A DNA stretch of 64,000 nt from Deltaproteobacteria bacterium (GTDB lineage Bacteria; Desulfobacterota; Binatia; HRBIN30; JACQVA1), in NCBI GenBank assembly GCA_016210005.1, contig JACQVA010000158.1:75180-139179 (forward strand), in the 5' to 3' direction. The translations under genes and the position numbers were made by a program. Under the pieces are notes generated by a model, which saw nothing but the letters and a program-made list of their open reading frames with translations, was not told where the DNA came from and made no database searches. Position 1 is the stretch's first letter. Each line of letters opens with the position of its first letter. This document shows positions 38,387-48,992 of this stretch, in pieces.

Positions 38387-39796
38387 TTGTCTCGCCTGAG
38401 CATGATACGCGACGCGACCAAGCGGCTGTACCCTTGGGTACCGGCAATGGTGCAGGACGGGCTGCTGTCCGCCTACTTCGTCGCCAAGGCGCGCCGGCTT
38501 CATGGCGCCGCCTTTCGCCGGCGGCTCGCCGCACTTACAGAGAGTGAGCACTTCGATGCCGCCGGGCTTGCCGGCGGGCAGGCGCTCGCGCTGGCCGCCA
38601 TGCTGGAGGCCGCGGCGCACGCGCCCTATTACCGCCGCCTGTTTGCCGAGCGCGGGCTCGATCCGCGCGCGCTGCGCACGCCGGCGGACTTGGCGTTGCT
38701 GCCGTTGCTGGAAAAAGAGAGCGTGCGCCGGGCGGGCGACCAATTCGTCGACGCGCGGCTGGATCGGCGGCTGCTGCTGAGCGCCCGCACCAGCGGCACC
38801 ACCGGCACGCCGCTGCAAATCTATTTCACCCCCGAGTTCGAAGCGGCCGAGGAGGCTTTTCTGGCGCGGCAATGGCTCTGGGCCAACTGCCCGTTGGCGG
38901 CGCGGCGCGTGAAGCTGCGCGAGGACGTCGTGGTGGTGGGCGAGCACCCGCGGCGGCCGTACCGTTGGAACCTGGCCTTGCGCGAGCTGCGGACGTCGTC
39001 ATTCCATCTCTCCCCCGATACCGTGGCGGCCTATGTCGCGGCCATCCGCCGATTTCGCCCACTGGCGCTGGTGGGCTGGCCATCGACGGCGGGAACGCTG
39101 GCGACACTGATGCACGAGCAGGGCCTGGAGTGTCGCATCCCGTTCGTGTTCACCTCGTCGGAGAATCTGTCGCGCAGCCGCCGGGAACTGCTCGCGCGCG
39201 CGTTCGGCGCACAGGTCTTCGACCACTACGGACTCACCGAAGGCGTGGTCGCCATTCAACAGTGTGAGCGCGGCAGCTACCACATCATCCCGGAGTACGG
39301 CATCGTGGAGCTACTGCCGGTGGCGGGTGATCACTCGGGCGAGTTGCGCGAAATCGTCGCCACCGGGCTGCTTAATCGCGCGATGCCGCTGTTGCGCTAC
39401 CGCACCGGCGACCACGTGCGAGTCAAGGCCGGAGCCCGCTGCGACTGCGCCCGGGCGTTTCCGGTGGTGGAGGAAATCGTCGGGCGCGATTGCGACTTGC
39501 TGATGGCGGCCTCGGGCGCGCGCGTGCCTGCCGCCGATATCGCGCTCGCCAATCTCGAAGGGGTGCGCGAGAGCCAGATCGTACAGGAAGAGGACGGCCG
39601 CATCTCGGTGCAGCTGGTGCCCGGCGTGGACTACCTCGAAGCGATGTCCGAGCGCGTGCGGCGTGAAGTGCGCTTCCTCGTCGGCGAGCTGCCGATCGAG
39701 GTTAAGCTGACCAGCGCGATTCCGCGCGAAGCTAGCGGCAAGTTCCGGTCGGTGATCTCTCGCTGCCGCCCCCGCCCCGGGCGCAGCCCGAGCTAA
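38387..39796 (+). CDS. Phenylacetate-CoA ligase-like adenylating enzyme (PaaK/CapK/F390 synthetase family)
   Basis: TSGTTGTPL adenylation motif and overall PaaK-like layout; TTG 38387 or ATG 38402 start. Confidence 0.65.
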   Translation: MSRLSMIRDATKRLYPWVPAMVQDGLLSAYFVAKARRLHGAAFRRRLAALTESEHFDAAGLAGGQALALAAMLEAAAHAPYYRRLFAERGLDPRALRTPADLALLPLLEKESVRRAGDQFVDARLDRRLLLSARTSGTTGTPLQIYFTPEFEAAEEAFLARQWLWANCPLAARRVKLREDVVVVGEHPRRPYRWNLALRELRTSSFHLSPDTVAAYVAAIRRFRPLALVGWPSTAGTLATLMHEQGLECRIPFVFTSSENLSRSRRELLARAFGAQVFDHYGLTEGVVAIQQCERGSYHIIPEYGIVELLPVAGDHSGELREIVATGLLNRAMPLLRYRTGDHVRVKAGARCDCARAFPVVEEIVGRDCDLLMAASGARVPAADIALANLEGVRESQIVQEEDGRISVQLVPGVDYLEAMSERVRREVRFLVGELPIEVKLTSAIPREASGKFRSVISRCRPRPGRSPS

Positions 39797-40272
39797 TTGA
39801 GCGCGTGCGGATCAGTGCGGGCGATCAGGTCGCGCAGGCGCAAGGCGTGTCGGTCTTCGGCGTGGCAGAGCTGCTCGAACAACGCCGCGGCCTCGGGCAA
39901 GGTCTCGGCGAAATGGAAGGCGTCTTCGCGCAGCCGCTTGGCCGCCGCGCGGTGGCCTTCGAGGTCCTGCACCAGACGGCCCCAGTGATTGAGCGAGCCC
40001 GCAGCCGGGGTCTGGGCCGGTGAGGCACTGGCCGCGCCCCCGAGGGCGACCACCGCTTGCGCCACGCGCTGGGCCTCGGCTTCCTCCTCGTCCGCCAGGC
40101 GAGCAAGCTCGATGCAGCTGAGCTGATTGGGTCCCAACTGCGCGTGCCGGCGCAGTTGCTCGGCCCGCTGCACGAGTCCCGCGTGCGCCTGCTGCAGCTC
40201 CGGCAGTGCCTCGCGCACCATCACGCGCCGATCCCCGATCACCATTCTCGCCAAAGCCTCTCGCCAGCTCAT
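39793..40272 (-). CDS. Hypothetical alpha-helical protein
   Basis: 159-aa ORF of plausible composition; no family recognised. Confidence 0.35.
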   Translation of the reverse strand: MSWREALARMVIGDRRVMVREALPELQQAHAGLVQRAEQLRRHAQLGPNQLSCIELARLADEEEAEAQRVAQAVVALGGAASASPAQTPAAGSLNHWGRLVQDLEGHRAAAKRLREDAFHFAETLPEAAALFEQLCHAEDRHALRLRDLIARTDPHALN

Positions 40273-40388
40273 ACGGGCTCAGCCATTACTGGGACGGCAC
40301 AACGGAGTCAACTATGGCAGAAAGCGGGCGCGGCGCGAGTTGATTGGCGCGCCGAAGTGGGTAGAACCACAGCCGTGGGGAGAATGCG

Positions 40389-42272
40389 ATGATCAAGGGA
40401 TACGCGGGTCGCGTCCTCGAAGTCGATCTGGCAAATCAGCGCTTCGCCTTCAAGCCGCTCGATGAGGACATTGCTCGGCTCTATATCGGCGGCAAGGGTT
40501 ATGGCACCCGTTTGCTCTACGACATGACGGCGCCGGGCATCGATCCGCTGGGGCCGGAAAACCCGCTGATCTTCGCCACCGGCCCGCTCAACGGCTCGGT
40601 GGCGCCGCAATCCAACCGCTTCACGGTGGTGTGCAAGAGCCCGCTCACCGGCGGCATCGGCAACGCCGCCTGCGGCGGCTCGTTTGCGTACGGCCTCAAA
40701 CGCGCCGGCATCGACGTCCTCGTGCTCACGCGCCAGTCGGCGAAGCCCGTGCGTCTCGAAATCGACGGCGACCGTGACACGGTCAGTTTCATCGATGCTG
40801 CCGGCCTTTGGGGCAAAGGCACCTACGCGACGCAGGCGGCGTTGGGCAAGAAGCAGCACCACGCGGTGATCGGACCGGCGGGCGAGAACAAGGTCCTCTA
40901 CGCCGGCATCGTCTCCGAGGAGCGGATCGCGGGGCGCACCGGTGTCGGTGCGGTGATGGGCTCGAAACGGCTCAAGGCCATCTCCGTCAACGGCACGCGC
41001 AAGCTCGAGATGGATGACCCGGAGAAGTTCAAAGCCTACACCAAGTGGGTCCGCGAGCTGTTCCGCGAGCACCCGATGCTGGGCGAGAATCTCAAACGGT
41101 TTGGCACCGCCGGCATCGTCAACACCACCAATGCCCGCAACATCATCCCCACGCACAACTTCAAGTACGGCCATTTCAAAGACGCCATCAGCCTCTCCGG
41201 CGAGTACATGGAGGAGCACGAGCTGGTCGGCGTCAAGTCGAGCTGCATTCACTGCCCGGTGACCTGCGGTCGCGATGTCATGGTCGAGGGCGTCGGCCGG
41301 GTCAAAGGCCCGGAGTACGAAACCATCGGGTTGATGGGCACCAACCTGGAGATCGCGGATCTGAAGCAGGTCTCGGAGTGGAGCTACCTCGCCGACGATC
41401 TCGGCATGGACACCATCAGCCTCGGCGCCACGCTGAGTTTCACCATGGAACTCCAGGAGCGTGGCCTACTGGAAGCCGGCTTGCGTTTCGGCGACCCCAG
41501 CGGCGTGAGCGAGATGATCAAGGACATCGGTCATCGGCGCGGGCTGGGCAATGACCTTGCCGGCGGCGTCAAGCGCATGAGCGAGCAGTACGGCGGCAGC
41601 GAGTTCGCCATGCACGTCAAGGGGCTGGAGCTGTCGGCCTACGACCCGCGCGGCTCGTTTGCGCAAGGGGTCGAATACGCCACCAGCAACCGCGGCGGCT
41701 GTCACATTCAGGGTGCCAGCATGTACATGGAGTCCACCGGCCCACTAACGATCAACCCGCAGAACTTGAAGCTCAAGGCCGAGCTGCCGGTCATCCAGCA
41801 GAACCTGGCCTGCGCCATCAACTCCATGGTGCTGTGCATGTTCACCACCTACGGCATCGTGCCCAAAGCCGCGCACGCTTTGAACCCCAACTCATTGCTT
41901 CACAAAGCCATCACCACCGTGTTCGAGAACAGCGGGCCGGTGTTCCGCACGGTGATGGGCATCAAGGGGCGGCCGATGCTGTGGTTCGAGAAGTGGCTCA
42001 CTTACATCACCGGCCAGACCTTCTCCTCCGGGCATCTGCAAGAGATCGGCGCCCGCATCTTCAACCTCGAACGCATGTACAACCTGCGCGAAGGCAAGAG
42101 CGCCCAAGACGACACCCTGCCCGCGCGCATGCTCCACGAGCCGATCTTCAAGCACATGCAGTCCGGCCATCCGCTCGCGCAACTGCTGCCGCGCTACTAC
42201 AAGAACCGCGGCTGGGACGCCGCCGGCGTACCGACCAAGCGGACCCTGGAGCGGTTGCAGGTGAGGGTGTGA
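40389..42272 (+). CDS. Aldehyde:ferredoxin oxidoreductase (tungsten/molybdopterin AOR family)
   Basis: MIKGYAGRVLEVDL...YIGGKGYG...GPLNGSVAPQSNRF... conserved AOR N-terminal and C-terminal domains; 627 aa. Confidence 0.85.
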   Translation: MIKGYAGRVLEVDLANQRFAFKPLDEDIARLYIGGKGYGTRLLYDMTAPGIDPLGPENPLIFATGPLNGSVAPQSNRFTVVCKSPLTGGIGNAACGGSFAYGLKRAGIDVLVLTRQSAKPVRLEIDGDRDTVSFIDAAGLWGKGTYATQAALGKKQHHAVIGPAGENKVLYAGIVSEERIAGRTGVGAVMGSKRLKAISVNGTRKLEMDDPEKFKAYTKWVRELFREHPMLGENLKRFGTAGIVNTTNARNIIPTHNFKYGHFKDAISLSGEYMEEHELVGVKSSCIHCPVTCGRDVMVEGVGRVKGPEYETIGLMGTNLEIADLKQVSEWSYLADDLGMDTISLGATLSFTMELQERGLLEAGLRFGDPSGVSEMIKDIGHRRGLGNDLAGGVKRMSEQYGGSEFAMHVKGLELSAYDPRGSFAQGVEYATSNRGGCHIQGASMYMESTGPLTINPQNLKLKAELPVIQQNLACAINSMVLCMFTTYGIVPKAAHALNPNSLLHKAITTVFENSGPVFRTVMGIKGRPMLWFEKWLTYITGQTFSSGHLQEIGARIFNLERMYNLREGKSAQDDTLPARMLHEPIFKHMQSGHPLAQLLPRYYKNRGWDAAGVPTKRTLERLQVRV

Positions 42273-42455
42273 GGGGACGAGAAGACGGAGACGGACAAGA
42301 CTACAACGGATTGGACGGATTGCGGGGGCGGGTCGTGCAGCTTGGCCGCGCGCGCCCTCGGCCGTCCTGTCCCCCGCCGTTTTGATCTTTCGCACTATCC
42401 TGAGCTATGCAGTGACGGACAGCCCATCTTTGGGGAGGTGCTCAGGAGACCGCAG

Positions 42456-42632
42456 ATGCCGCGAATCTTCGACAACATCGACCAGTCACTGCTCCCGGCC
42501 CTGCGCGAGACGATCGAAGTATCTGACCGCGCCGACTTCTGCGTCGGCTACTTCAACCTGCGCGGCTGGGAGCAGATCGAGCGTTGCGCACGGGGTGAAC
42601 CCGACAAGTGGGCCGAGCGATGCCATTGCTGA
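42456..42632 (+). pseudogene. Truncated N-terminus of a PLD-like domain / helicase gene
   Basis: [41 protein letters not shown] is the characteristic N-terminus of PLD-helicase proteins; ends after ~58 codons where hsdR begins. RBS AGGAGA upstream. Confidence 0.45.
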
Positions 42633-45280
42633 ACGAGGCCGATACTCGCGCAAAGCTGATCGACCCAAAGATCAAAGCGGCTGGCTGGGGCGAGAGTCAG
42701 ATTGAACGCGAGCACTTCGTTGTGAAGGGAAAGGCCTTCACGGCAGGTCGGATCTACCTTGTTGGCGAGGAGTCTCGTCGTCGGTCGCCGCGACGTGCCG
42801 ACTACCTGTTCCGCATTCACAACGCGCTGGCGATCGCGGTTCTTGAAGCCAAGGACGAGTCGCACAGCGTCGATGCTGGCCTTGAGCAAGCCAAGGGCTA
42901 CGCGATGACGCTCGGGCTCCCGTTCGCCTACTGCAGCAACGGGCACGGCTTCGTAGAGTTCGACTTCTTCCTGAATCGTAGCCGGGAACTGGCAGTGTTC
43001 CCTGGTCCAGAGGACCTCCTGAGTCGCTGGCAGGCGCAGACCGGACATTCCAGGCTCGACGCCACCCTTGATAGGGCGGCCGAGGAGCAGGAGCGCACCG
43101 GGGGATTTGGCGGTCCACCACCGAGAGATCCGGTTCTTCAGCCACCGTGTCCGCAATCCGTCTGCGGCAAAGAGCTGCGCTACTTCCAGGAGGTTGCCGT
43201 CGAACGCGTGCTCAAGCGGGTGGTAGCCGGTCAACGGCGCATCTTGCTCACGATGGCGACTGGAACGGGTAAGACCTTCACCGCGTTTCAGGTTGTCTGG
43301 AAATTGAAGAAGTCGGGCTGGCTCAGAAAGCCGATCTTGTTCTTAGCTGACCGAATCGTGCTGCGCGATCAGGCCTACAACAACTTCGCACCCTTCGTAG
43401 ACGACCAGTCCGATCCACGCTCCATCATTCGAGGCGGGAAGTGGAACCGCAACCGTGACCTTTATTTCGCCTTGTACCAGGCGCTCGACTCGGGCGACGG
43501 CGCGGAGCCGCTCTTCAAGAGCATTGCGAAGGATTTCTTCGGCCTGATCATCATTGATGAGTGCCACCGTTCCGGGTTCGGCAAGTGGAACAACATCCTG
43601 CAGCACTTCAGCGACGCAGCTCAGCTCGGCATGACCGCGACGCCGAAACGCTCCGAGAGCATTGACACCTACGACTACTTCTGCCGCGAAGAGCCCGAGG
43701 TGCCGATCGATCCTGACGACCCGTCGAAGGGAACCTGGAACCCACCCGCCTACCAGTACAGCCTTGGCCAAGGCATCGACGATGGGTTCCTCGCCACGTA
43801 CAAGGTTCACAAGGTCCGAACGACCGTGGACAAGACCGGCTTGCACGTACAGGACGCCCAGACTCAGGGCGCCGAGATCTATGTGCCGGAGGGTGCGGAG
43901 CTACGCGACGTGTACCTCACACCACAATTCGAGCGCGAGATCTCGCTGCCCGACCGCACCGAGGTGATGGTGAACCACCTCGCTGGTCTCTTGCGCCGGT
44001 TCGGCCCGCGCGAGAAGATGATGGTCTTTTGCGTCGACATCGAACATGCACGGCTCGTGTCGCGCCTGCTGCAGAACGCCTTCGCAGATCTGGGCGACCC
44101 GCAGTACGCTGTGCCGATCGTGTCGGAAGAGGGTGACGCGCTCACCTGGCTGGAGCACTTCCAGGACAGCGACAAGAAGAGCCCGGTGGTGGCAACCACG
44201 GCGGAACTGCTGTCCACGGGCGTCGACGTTCCCGCTTGCCGGAACATCGTCTTCATGAAGACCATCTCGTCACCGCTTCTCTTCAAGCAGATCATCGGCC
44301 GCGGTTCCCGGGTGGACCCGAGCACCGGGAAGGAATGGTTCCGCATCATCGATTACGTCGGCGCGACACGTCTCTTCGATAAATGGGATCGGCCGCCCGG
44401 CGAGCAACCACCGGAAGTGAGCGGCGCGCGCACGGCTAAGATTGAAGGCACAGTGGTGGATGCAGACTCCGGTGCATTGATCGTCGGGGCGTCGGTCAGT
44501 GCACTGATTGGCCCCAACGAACAACAGGGGCCGTTTCGCACCGACGGCGAGGGCTGCTTCCACTTCACGCAGCTCCCCGCGGGGACGATTCGTATCTCAG
44601 TCAGCGGTGCTGACTATCGGCCGCGGCAGGTATCGGTCGAGACCGAGGCGGGCAGCGTGCAGACAGTCACCATCGAGCTCAAGACGCAAACTGGTCCGGT
44701 GGAGAAGATCCGAGTGCAGAATCTCACCGTGACCATTGCCGACGAAGCGACGTTCATGATCGAGAGCACCGGACAGCAGCTCACGCTCTGGCAGTACCTC
44801 GACTACACACGACAGAAGGTCGTCGGGCACGTGCCTGATTGGGCTAGGCTGCACGAGGTGTGGACCGATCCGGCGAAACGCGAAGCCTTTCTCTTCGACC
44901 TCGAAGCTGAGAGCGTCCACGCTGAAGTGCTGGCGGAAGTGCTGAACCAACCGCGAGCCGATCAATTCGACCTCTTGGCGCACATCGCCTTCGACAGACC
45001 GATCCGCACGCGTGACGAGCGCGCGGAAGGGTTCGTGAACTACGAACAGCACTTTCTCAACACCTATGATGCGAAGGCGCGCGAGGTCGTCTTGGCATTG
45101 CTCGACAAATACCGTCTCAGCGGGGTGACGGAGATCACCAGCCCCGATGTCTTCCGTTTGTCGCCGTTCCGTGAAATGGGGCAGGCACCCGGTGTCATCG
45201 AGCGCTTCGGTGGCGCGGAGTCATTGCGGCAGACGCTGACTGAGATGCAGCAGCGCTTGTATAGAAAGGAAACGGCATGA
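42608..45280 (+). CDS. hsdR: Type I restriction endonuclease R subunit
   Basis: N-terminal [15 protein letters not shown] nuclease region, helicase motifs [10 protein letters not shown] and IIIDECHRS, 890 aa. Confidence 0.85.
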   Translation: MGRAMPLLNEADTRAKLIDPKIKAAGWGESQIEREHFVVKGKAFTAGRIYLVGEESRRRSPRRADYLFRIHNALAIAVLEAKDESHSVDAGLEQAKGYAMTLGLPFAYCSNGHGFVEFDFFLNRSRELAVFPGPEDLLSRWQAQTGHSRLDATLDRAAEEQERTGGFGGPPPRDPVLQPPCPQSVCGKELRYFQEVAVERVLKRVVAGQRRILLTMATGTGKTFTAFQVVWKLKKSGWLRKPILFLADRIVLRDQAYNNFAPFVDDQSDPRSIIRGGKWNRNRDLYFALYQALDSGDGAEPLFKSIAKDFFGLIIIDECHRSGFGKWNNILQHFSDAAQLGMTATPKRSESIDTYDYFCREEPEVPIDPDDPSKGTWNPPAYQYSLGQGIDDGFLATYKVHKVRTTVDKTGLHVQDAQTQGAEIYVPEGAELRDVYLTPQFEREISLPDRTEVMVNHLAGLLRRFGPREKMMVFCVDIEHARLVSRLLQNAFADLGDPQYAVPIVSEEGDALTWLEHFQDSDKKSPVVATTAELLSTGVDVPACRNIVFMKTISSPLLFKQIIGRGSRVDPSTGKEWFRIIDYVGATRLFDKWDRPPGEQPPEVSGARTAKIEGTVVDADSGALIVGASVSALIGPNEQQGPFRTDGEGCFHFTQLPAGTIRISVSGADYRPRQVSVETEAGSVQTVTIELKTQTGPVEKIRVQNLTVTIADEATFMIESTGQQLTLWQYLDYTRQKVVGHVPDWARLHEVWTDPAKREAFLFDLEAESVHAEVLAEVLNQPRADQFDLLAHIAFDRPIRTRDERAEGFVNYEQHFLNTYDAKAREVVLALLDKYRLSGVTEITSPDVFRLSPFREMGQAPGVIERFGGAESLRQTLTEMQQRLYRKETA

Positions 45281-46815
45281 GCCGCGAGCAACTGGCGAAC
45301 GACATCTGGCGCGCCTGCGACATCATGCGGCGCGACAACAACTGCGGCGGCGTCATGGAGTACCTCGAGCACCTCTCGTGGGTGCTCTTCCTGAGATTCC
45401 TCGATGAGCAGGAGACGATCTTCGAGGCAGAGGCCGGCATCGCTCGGCGCAAGTACACGCGCATCCTCTCGGGGCCGTACCGCTGGTCGAACTGGGTCAG
45501 CTCGGCGTTGGGCGAGAAGGACGAGAAGACCGGCAAGCGAAAGTCGCCGAAGTGGACGGCGGAAGACCTGCTCCGGTTCGTCCACGGCGACCTCCTGCCG
45601 CACCTGCAGAGCTTGTCTGGCTCGCCCGAGCGCGAGGTGATCAAGGGTATCTTCTCCGACCGCAACGTCATCGTGTGCGCGTCGCCGTACAATCTGAAGG
45701 ACGTGTTGGAGATCGTCGACGGCATCGACTTCACGAACCAGGACGACATCCACACCGTCTCGCACGTGTACGAAGGGCTGCTCCAGAAGCTCGGCAACGA
45801 GAACAAGCTCGCCGGCGAGTTCTATACGCCGCGACCGGTGATTCGGTTCGTCGTCGACGTGGTAGCCCCACAGCTGGGCGAAACGGTGTACGATCCCGCA
45901 GCTGGCTCCTGCGGCTTTCTTGTACAGGCGTACGAACACATGAAGGGTCAGGAGAAGAGCCGTCGCGACCACGGGCGCCTGCAGCGCGAGACGTTCGTCG
46001 GCCACGAGAAGAAGTCGGTGCCAGCGCTGCTCGGCCTGATGAACATGGTTTTGCACGGCGTGATGACCCCCGACATCCGGCGGCGGAACACTTTGGAAGA
46101 AAACATCCGGAGCGTGTCCGAGCGTTTCGACGTTGTGCTGACCAACCCGCCGTTCGGCGGCACCGAGAACGCGCAGATCCAGCAGAACTTCCCGGTGAAG
46201 TCGAACGCGACTGAGCTGCTGTTCATCGAGCACGTCATGAAGAAGCTGAAGCCGCGTGACGGCGCGCGTTGCGGCATGGTCGTCCCAGAGGGAACGCTCT
46301 TCCGCGGCGGCACGTTCGCCACGGTAAAGGCGGACCTGCTCAAGGACTTCAACCTCCACACCGTCGTCAGCCTTCCGCCGGGCACGTTCGCGCCATACTC
46401 CGACGTGAAGACCGGTCTGCTCTTCTTCGAACGTCCCGGCCCGACGAAAGAGACGCTCTACTACGAGCTATCCATTCCGGAAGGCCTGAAGAAGTTCAGC
46501 AAGGGCAGTCCGATCGCCGATGAACACTTCGCCGAAGCAGGCGAGGTGTGGCGGTGTTGGGATGCCTACCGTCGCGGCAACGGGCGCAGACCAAAGCCTA
46601 CCGAGAGTGCCTGGATCGAAACTGCCGAGGCTCTGGCGCAGCGCGGCTATGACCTGTCGGCCAAGAACCCGAACCGCCCCGAAGGCGCCAAGCTCCCGCA
46701 CCCAGCGGAACTCACCGCGAGCCTTCTCGAACGGAACCGTGAACTGCATGCGATTCTCGAAAACCTGCATGCGATGTTGAGTAACGGTGAACAAGAGGCA
46801 GTTGAGGGGCCATGA
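45277..46815 (+). CDS. hsdM: Type I restriction-modification N6-adenine DNA methyltransferase M subunit
   Basis: FYTPRPVIRFVV, DPAAGSCGF, VLTNPPFGG motifs; ATGA overlap with hsdR. Confidence 0.9.
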   Translation: MSREQLANDIWRACDIMRRDNNCGGVMEYLEHLSWVLFLRFLDEQETIFEAEAGIARRKYTRILSGPYRWSNWVSSALGEKDEKTGKRKSPKWTAEDLLRFVHGDLLPHLQSLSGSPEREVIKGIFSDRNVIVCASPYNLKDVLEIVDGIDFTNQDDIHTVSHVYEGLLQKLGNENKLAGEFYTPRPVIRFVVDVVAPQLGETVYDPAAGSCGFLVQAYEHMKGQEKSRRDHGRLQRETFVGHEKKSVPALLGLMNMVLHGVMTPDIRRRNTLEENIRSVSERFDVVLTNPPFGGTENAQIQQNFPVKSNATELLFIEHVMKKLKPRDGARCGMVVPEGTLFRGGTFATVKADLLKDFNLHTVVSLPPGTFAPYSDVKTGLLFFERPGPTKETLYYELSIPEGLKKFSKGSPIADEHFAEAGEVWRCWDAYRRGNGRRPKPTESAWIETAEALAQRGYDLSAKNPNRPEGAKLPHPAELTASLLERNRELHAILENLHAMLSNGEQEAVEGP

Positions 46816-48101
46816 CCTTGGGAAACGGCGCAGCGAGTGTGGCCGCAGTTCCACCGGCGGCTGATCGAGAGGCGCGCGGCGCGCCCTGGGAACTACCGTG
46901 GGGTTGGGAGTGGATTCCGCTTGGAGACCTCTGCCACCTGGTTAACGGGCGGGCCTTCAAGCCGAGCGAGTGGTCGGATGTGGGGCTCCCTATTGTTCGG
47001 ATTCAGAACCTGAACGATCCTTCGAAGCCCTTCAACTACTTCAATGGGGAGCCGAGCCCGAAACACCTCGTCAACGATCGCGACGTCCTCATCTCCTGGT
47101 CCGGAACGCCGGGCACGTCGTTCGGCGCGTTCCTGTGGAACCGCGGCAGGGCACTCCTGAACCAGCACATCTATCGAGCGGACCTCGACCATGAACGAAG
47201 CGAACCATTGTATCTCGTCCACGCCGTGAACGTGAGGCTTGATGAGATGATCCGACGCGCGCACGGCGGAGTGGGCCTGGGACACATCACCAAGGGCGAA
47301 CTCGAACGAGTCCGTCTCCCGATTCCGTTTCCGCAAGAGCCAGAACGATCCCTGGACGTCCAGCGCCGCATCGTGGCGCGGATTGAGGCGCTGCTGGCCG
47401 AGATGAAGGAAGCCCGTGCCCTCGCCGAGGACATCCGCAGCGACACCGACCGGGTCATGGATGCTGCGGTGGAGGAAGCAATGTCCCAGTTGGGGCCGGG
47501 CAGGCAGGCACTGATTGAGGTGCTCGACGGAAAGCCACGAAATGGTTGGTCGCCGCAATGCGACAATGATCCGGCCGGCGCGCCCGTGCTAAAGCTCGGT
47601 GCCGTGCTAGGCTTTCGCTTCAACCCAGGGGCGATCAAGTACACGAACATCAAGGTCGACCGCAAAGCTCACTACTGGCTGAACCCCGGCGACATCCTAA
47701 TCTCACGGAGTAACACCCCGGATTTGGTGGGCCACGCGGCCATCTACGGCGGGGAGCCGCATCCCTGCATCTACCCAGACCTGCTCGTGCGTATGCGCGT
47801 CAGAACTGATGCGGCAGACGCACAGTTCGTCGTCTACTGGTTGCGCAGCAGGGAGGCGCGCGAATACGTCGCCGCGCACGCCAGCGGCGCGAGTTCTACG
47901 ATGAAGAAGATCACGCAAGGCGATGTCTGTGAGCTGCCGTTCCCGTACGTCTGCGTCGAGTTGCAGCGAGCAATCGTGGCGCAGCTCGACACGGTCCAAA
48001 CCGAGGTCAACGAAATGTGCCGACTGCAAGCTCATGACGCGGAGTTGCTCGATCAGGTGGAGCAGGCGATCCTGGAGCGGGCGTTCCGGGGAGAGCTGTG
48101 A
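46812..48101 (+). CDS. hsdS: Type I restriction-modification specificity subunit
   Basis: Two target-recognition-domain halves with conserved central and C-terminal helices (...LQRAIVAQLDTVQTEVNEMCRLQAHDAELLDQ); overlaps hsdM stop. Confidence 0.85.
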   Translation: MTLGNGAASVAAVPPAADREARGAPWELPWGWEWIPLGDLCHLVNGRAFKPSEWSDVGLPIVRIQNLNDPSKPFNYFNGEPSPKHLVNDRDVLISWSGTPGTSFGAFLWNRGRALLNQHIYRADLDHERSEPLYLVHAVNVRLDEMIRRAHGGVGLGHITKGELERVRLPIPFPQEPERSLDVQRRIVARIEALLAEMKEARALAEDIRSDTDRVMDAAVEEAMSQLGPGRQALIEVLDGKPRNGWSPQCDNDPAGAPVLKLGAVLGFRFNPGAIKYTNIKVDRKAHYWLNPGDILISRSNTPDLVGHAAIYGGEPHPCIYPDLLVRMRVRTDAADAQFVVYWLRSREAREYVAAHASGASSTMKKITQGDVCELPFPYVCVELQRAIVAQLDTVQTEVNEMCRLQAHDAELLDQVEQAILERAFRGEL

Positions 48102-48191
48102 TTACGGCAAACGATCGAATACATCTTCGCATCTCCGGGAAGACCCAAGCCTCGCCATGTGGTACGAGGAGGGGCCAATGAGGACAGGCGA

Positions 48192-48992
48192 ATGACAGGG
48201 GCAACACCTCAGGTTCGTCTTATAGAGGCGTACCGTGCACCGGTTGGGCCGGCACGAATGCTGGGCCGGAGGACCGAGTCGACGCATGAGACCCGCCGAT
48301 ATCTTCAACGCCGCGTCCGGGAGCGACTGCGCATCGCTTCCAGCGAGCGGCAGATTGAAAGCTACGTTGATGAGCTTCGAGCCACTGGCTTCGATGTAGG
48401 TGGCATCGCAGCGGCAGCTCAGCAGAGCCCACCGCGCCCCTGGGAAATCGGTGAGGCGCTGGCTGAAACCCTCCTGGAGGATCACGAAGAAGCGTACTTT
48501 CCGTGGCCACCAGCGTGGGACAAGCGCACTGAATCAGCGAGCCTGCAGGGTCCAGACTTGGTTGGCCTACACGCGCCGAACCGAGCCCCGCGGCTGCTGT
48601 TCGGCGAAGTGAAGACCTCGTCGGATGTGGACGCGCCACCGAGTGTGGTGACCCATCGAGACGACGGTCTCCGGAGTCAGCTCCTGCGGATTGTCACGTC
48701 TGAGCGGCGTCGGCAGACACTGGTGGCCTGGCTCTCGGTGCGAGCTCGCAACCAAAGTTGGCAGGGAGCATTCAATGCAGCGCTTCGCGCTTATCTCGGG
48801 GACCCCAGTAACGCCGTTGTGATCGGCGTGCTACTGCGAGATACGTCGCCGACCGAAAGAGACTTGGAAACCGTCAAGTCGGCACTCGATGCGTGCGCTA
48901 CGACCTTTGAGCTAGCAGTGCTCGCCTTCTATTTTGCGCTGGCCATCAAGGAGTGGCCGGAGGCCATCACTGGCACAGAGGACGCTCCGTAA
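48192..48992 (+). CDS. PD-(D/E)xK-like protein, candidate Hachiman HamA (DUF1837-like)
   Basis: GPDLVGLHAPNRAPRLLFGEVKTS resembles a D...E-V-K nuclease motif; ~267 aa; stop overlaps the start of the downstream helicase (TAATG). Confidence 0.45.
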   Translation: MTGATPQVRLIEAYRAPVGPARMLGRRTESTHETRRYLQRRVRERLRIASSERQIESYVDELRATGFDVGGIAAAAQQSPPRPWEIGEALAETLLEDHEEAYFPWPPAWDKRTESASLQGPDLVGLHAPNRAPRLLFGEVKTSSDVDAPPSVVTHRDDGLRSQLLRIVTSERRRQTLVAWLSVRARNQSWQGAFNAALRAYLGDPSNAVVIGVLLRDTSPTERDLETVKSALDACATTFELAVLAFYFALAIKEWPEAITGTEDAP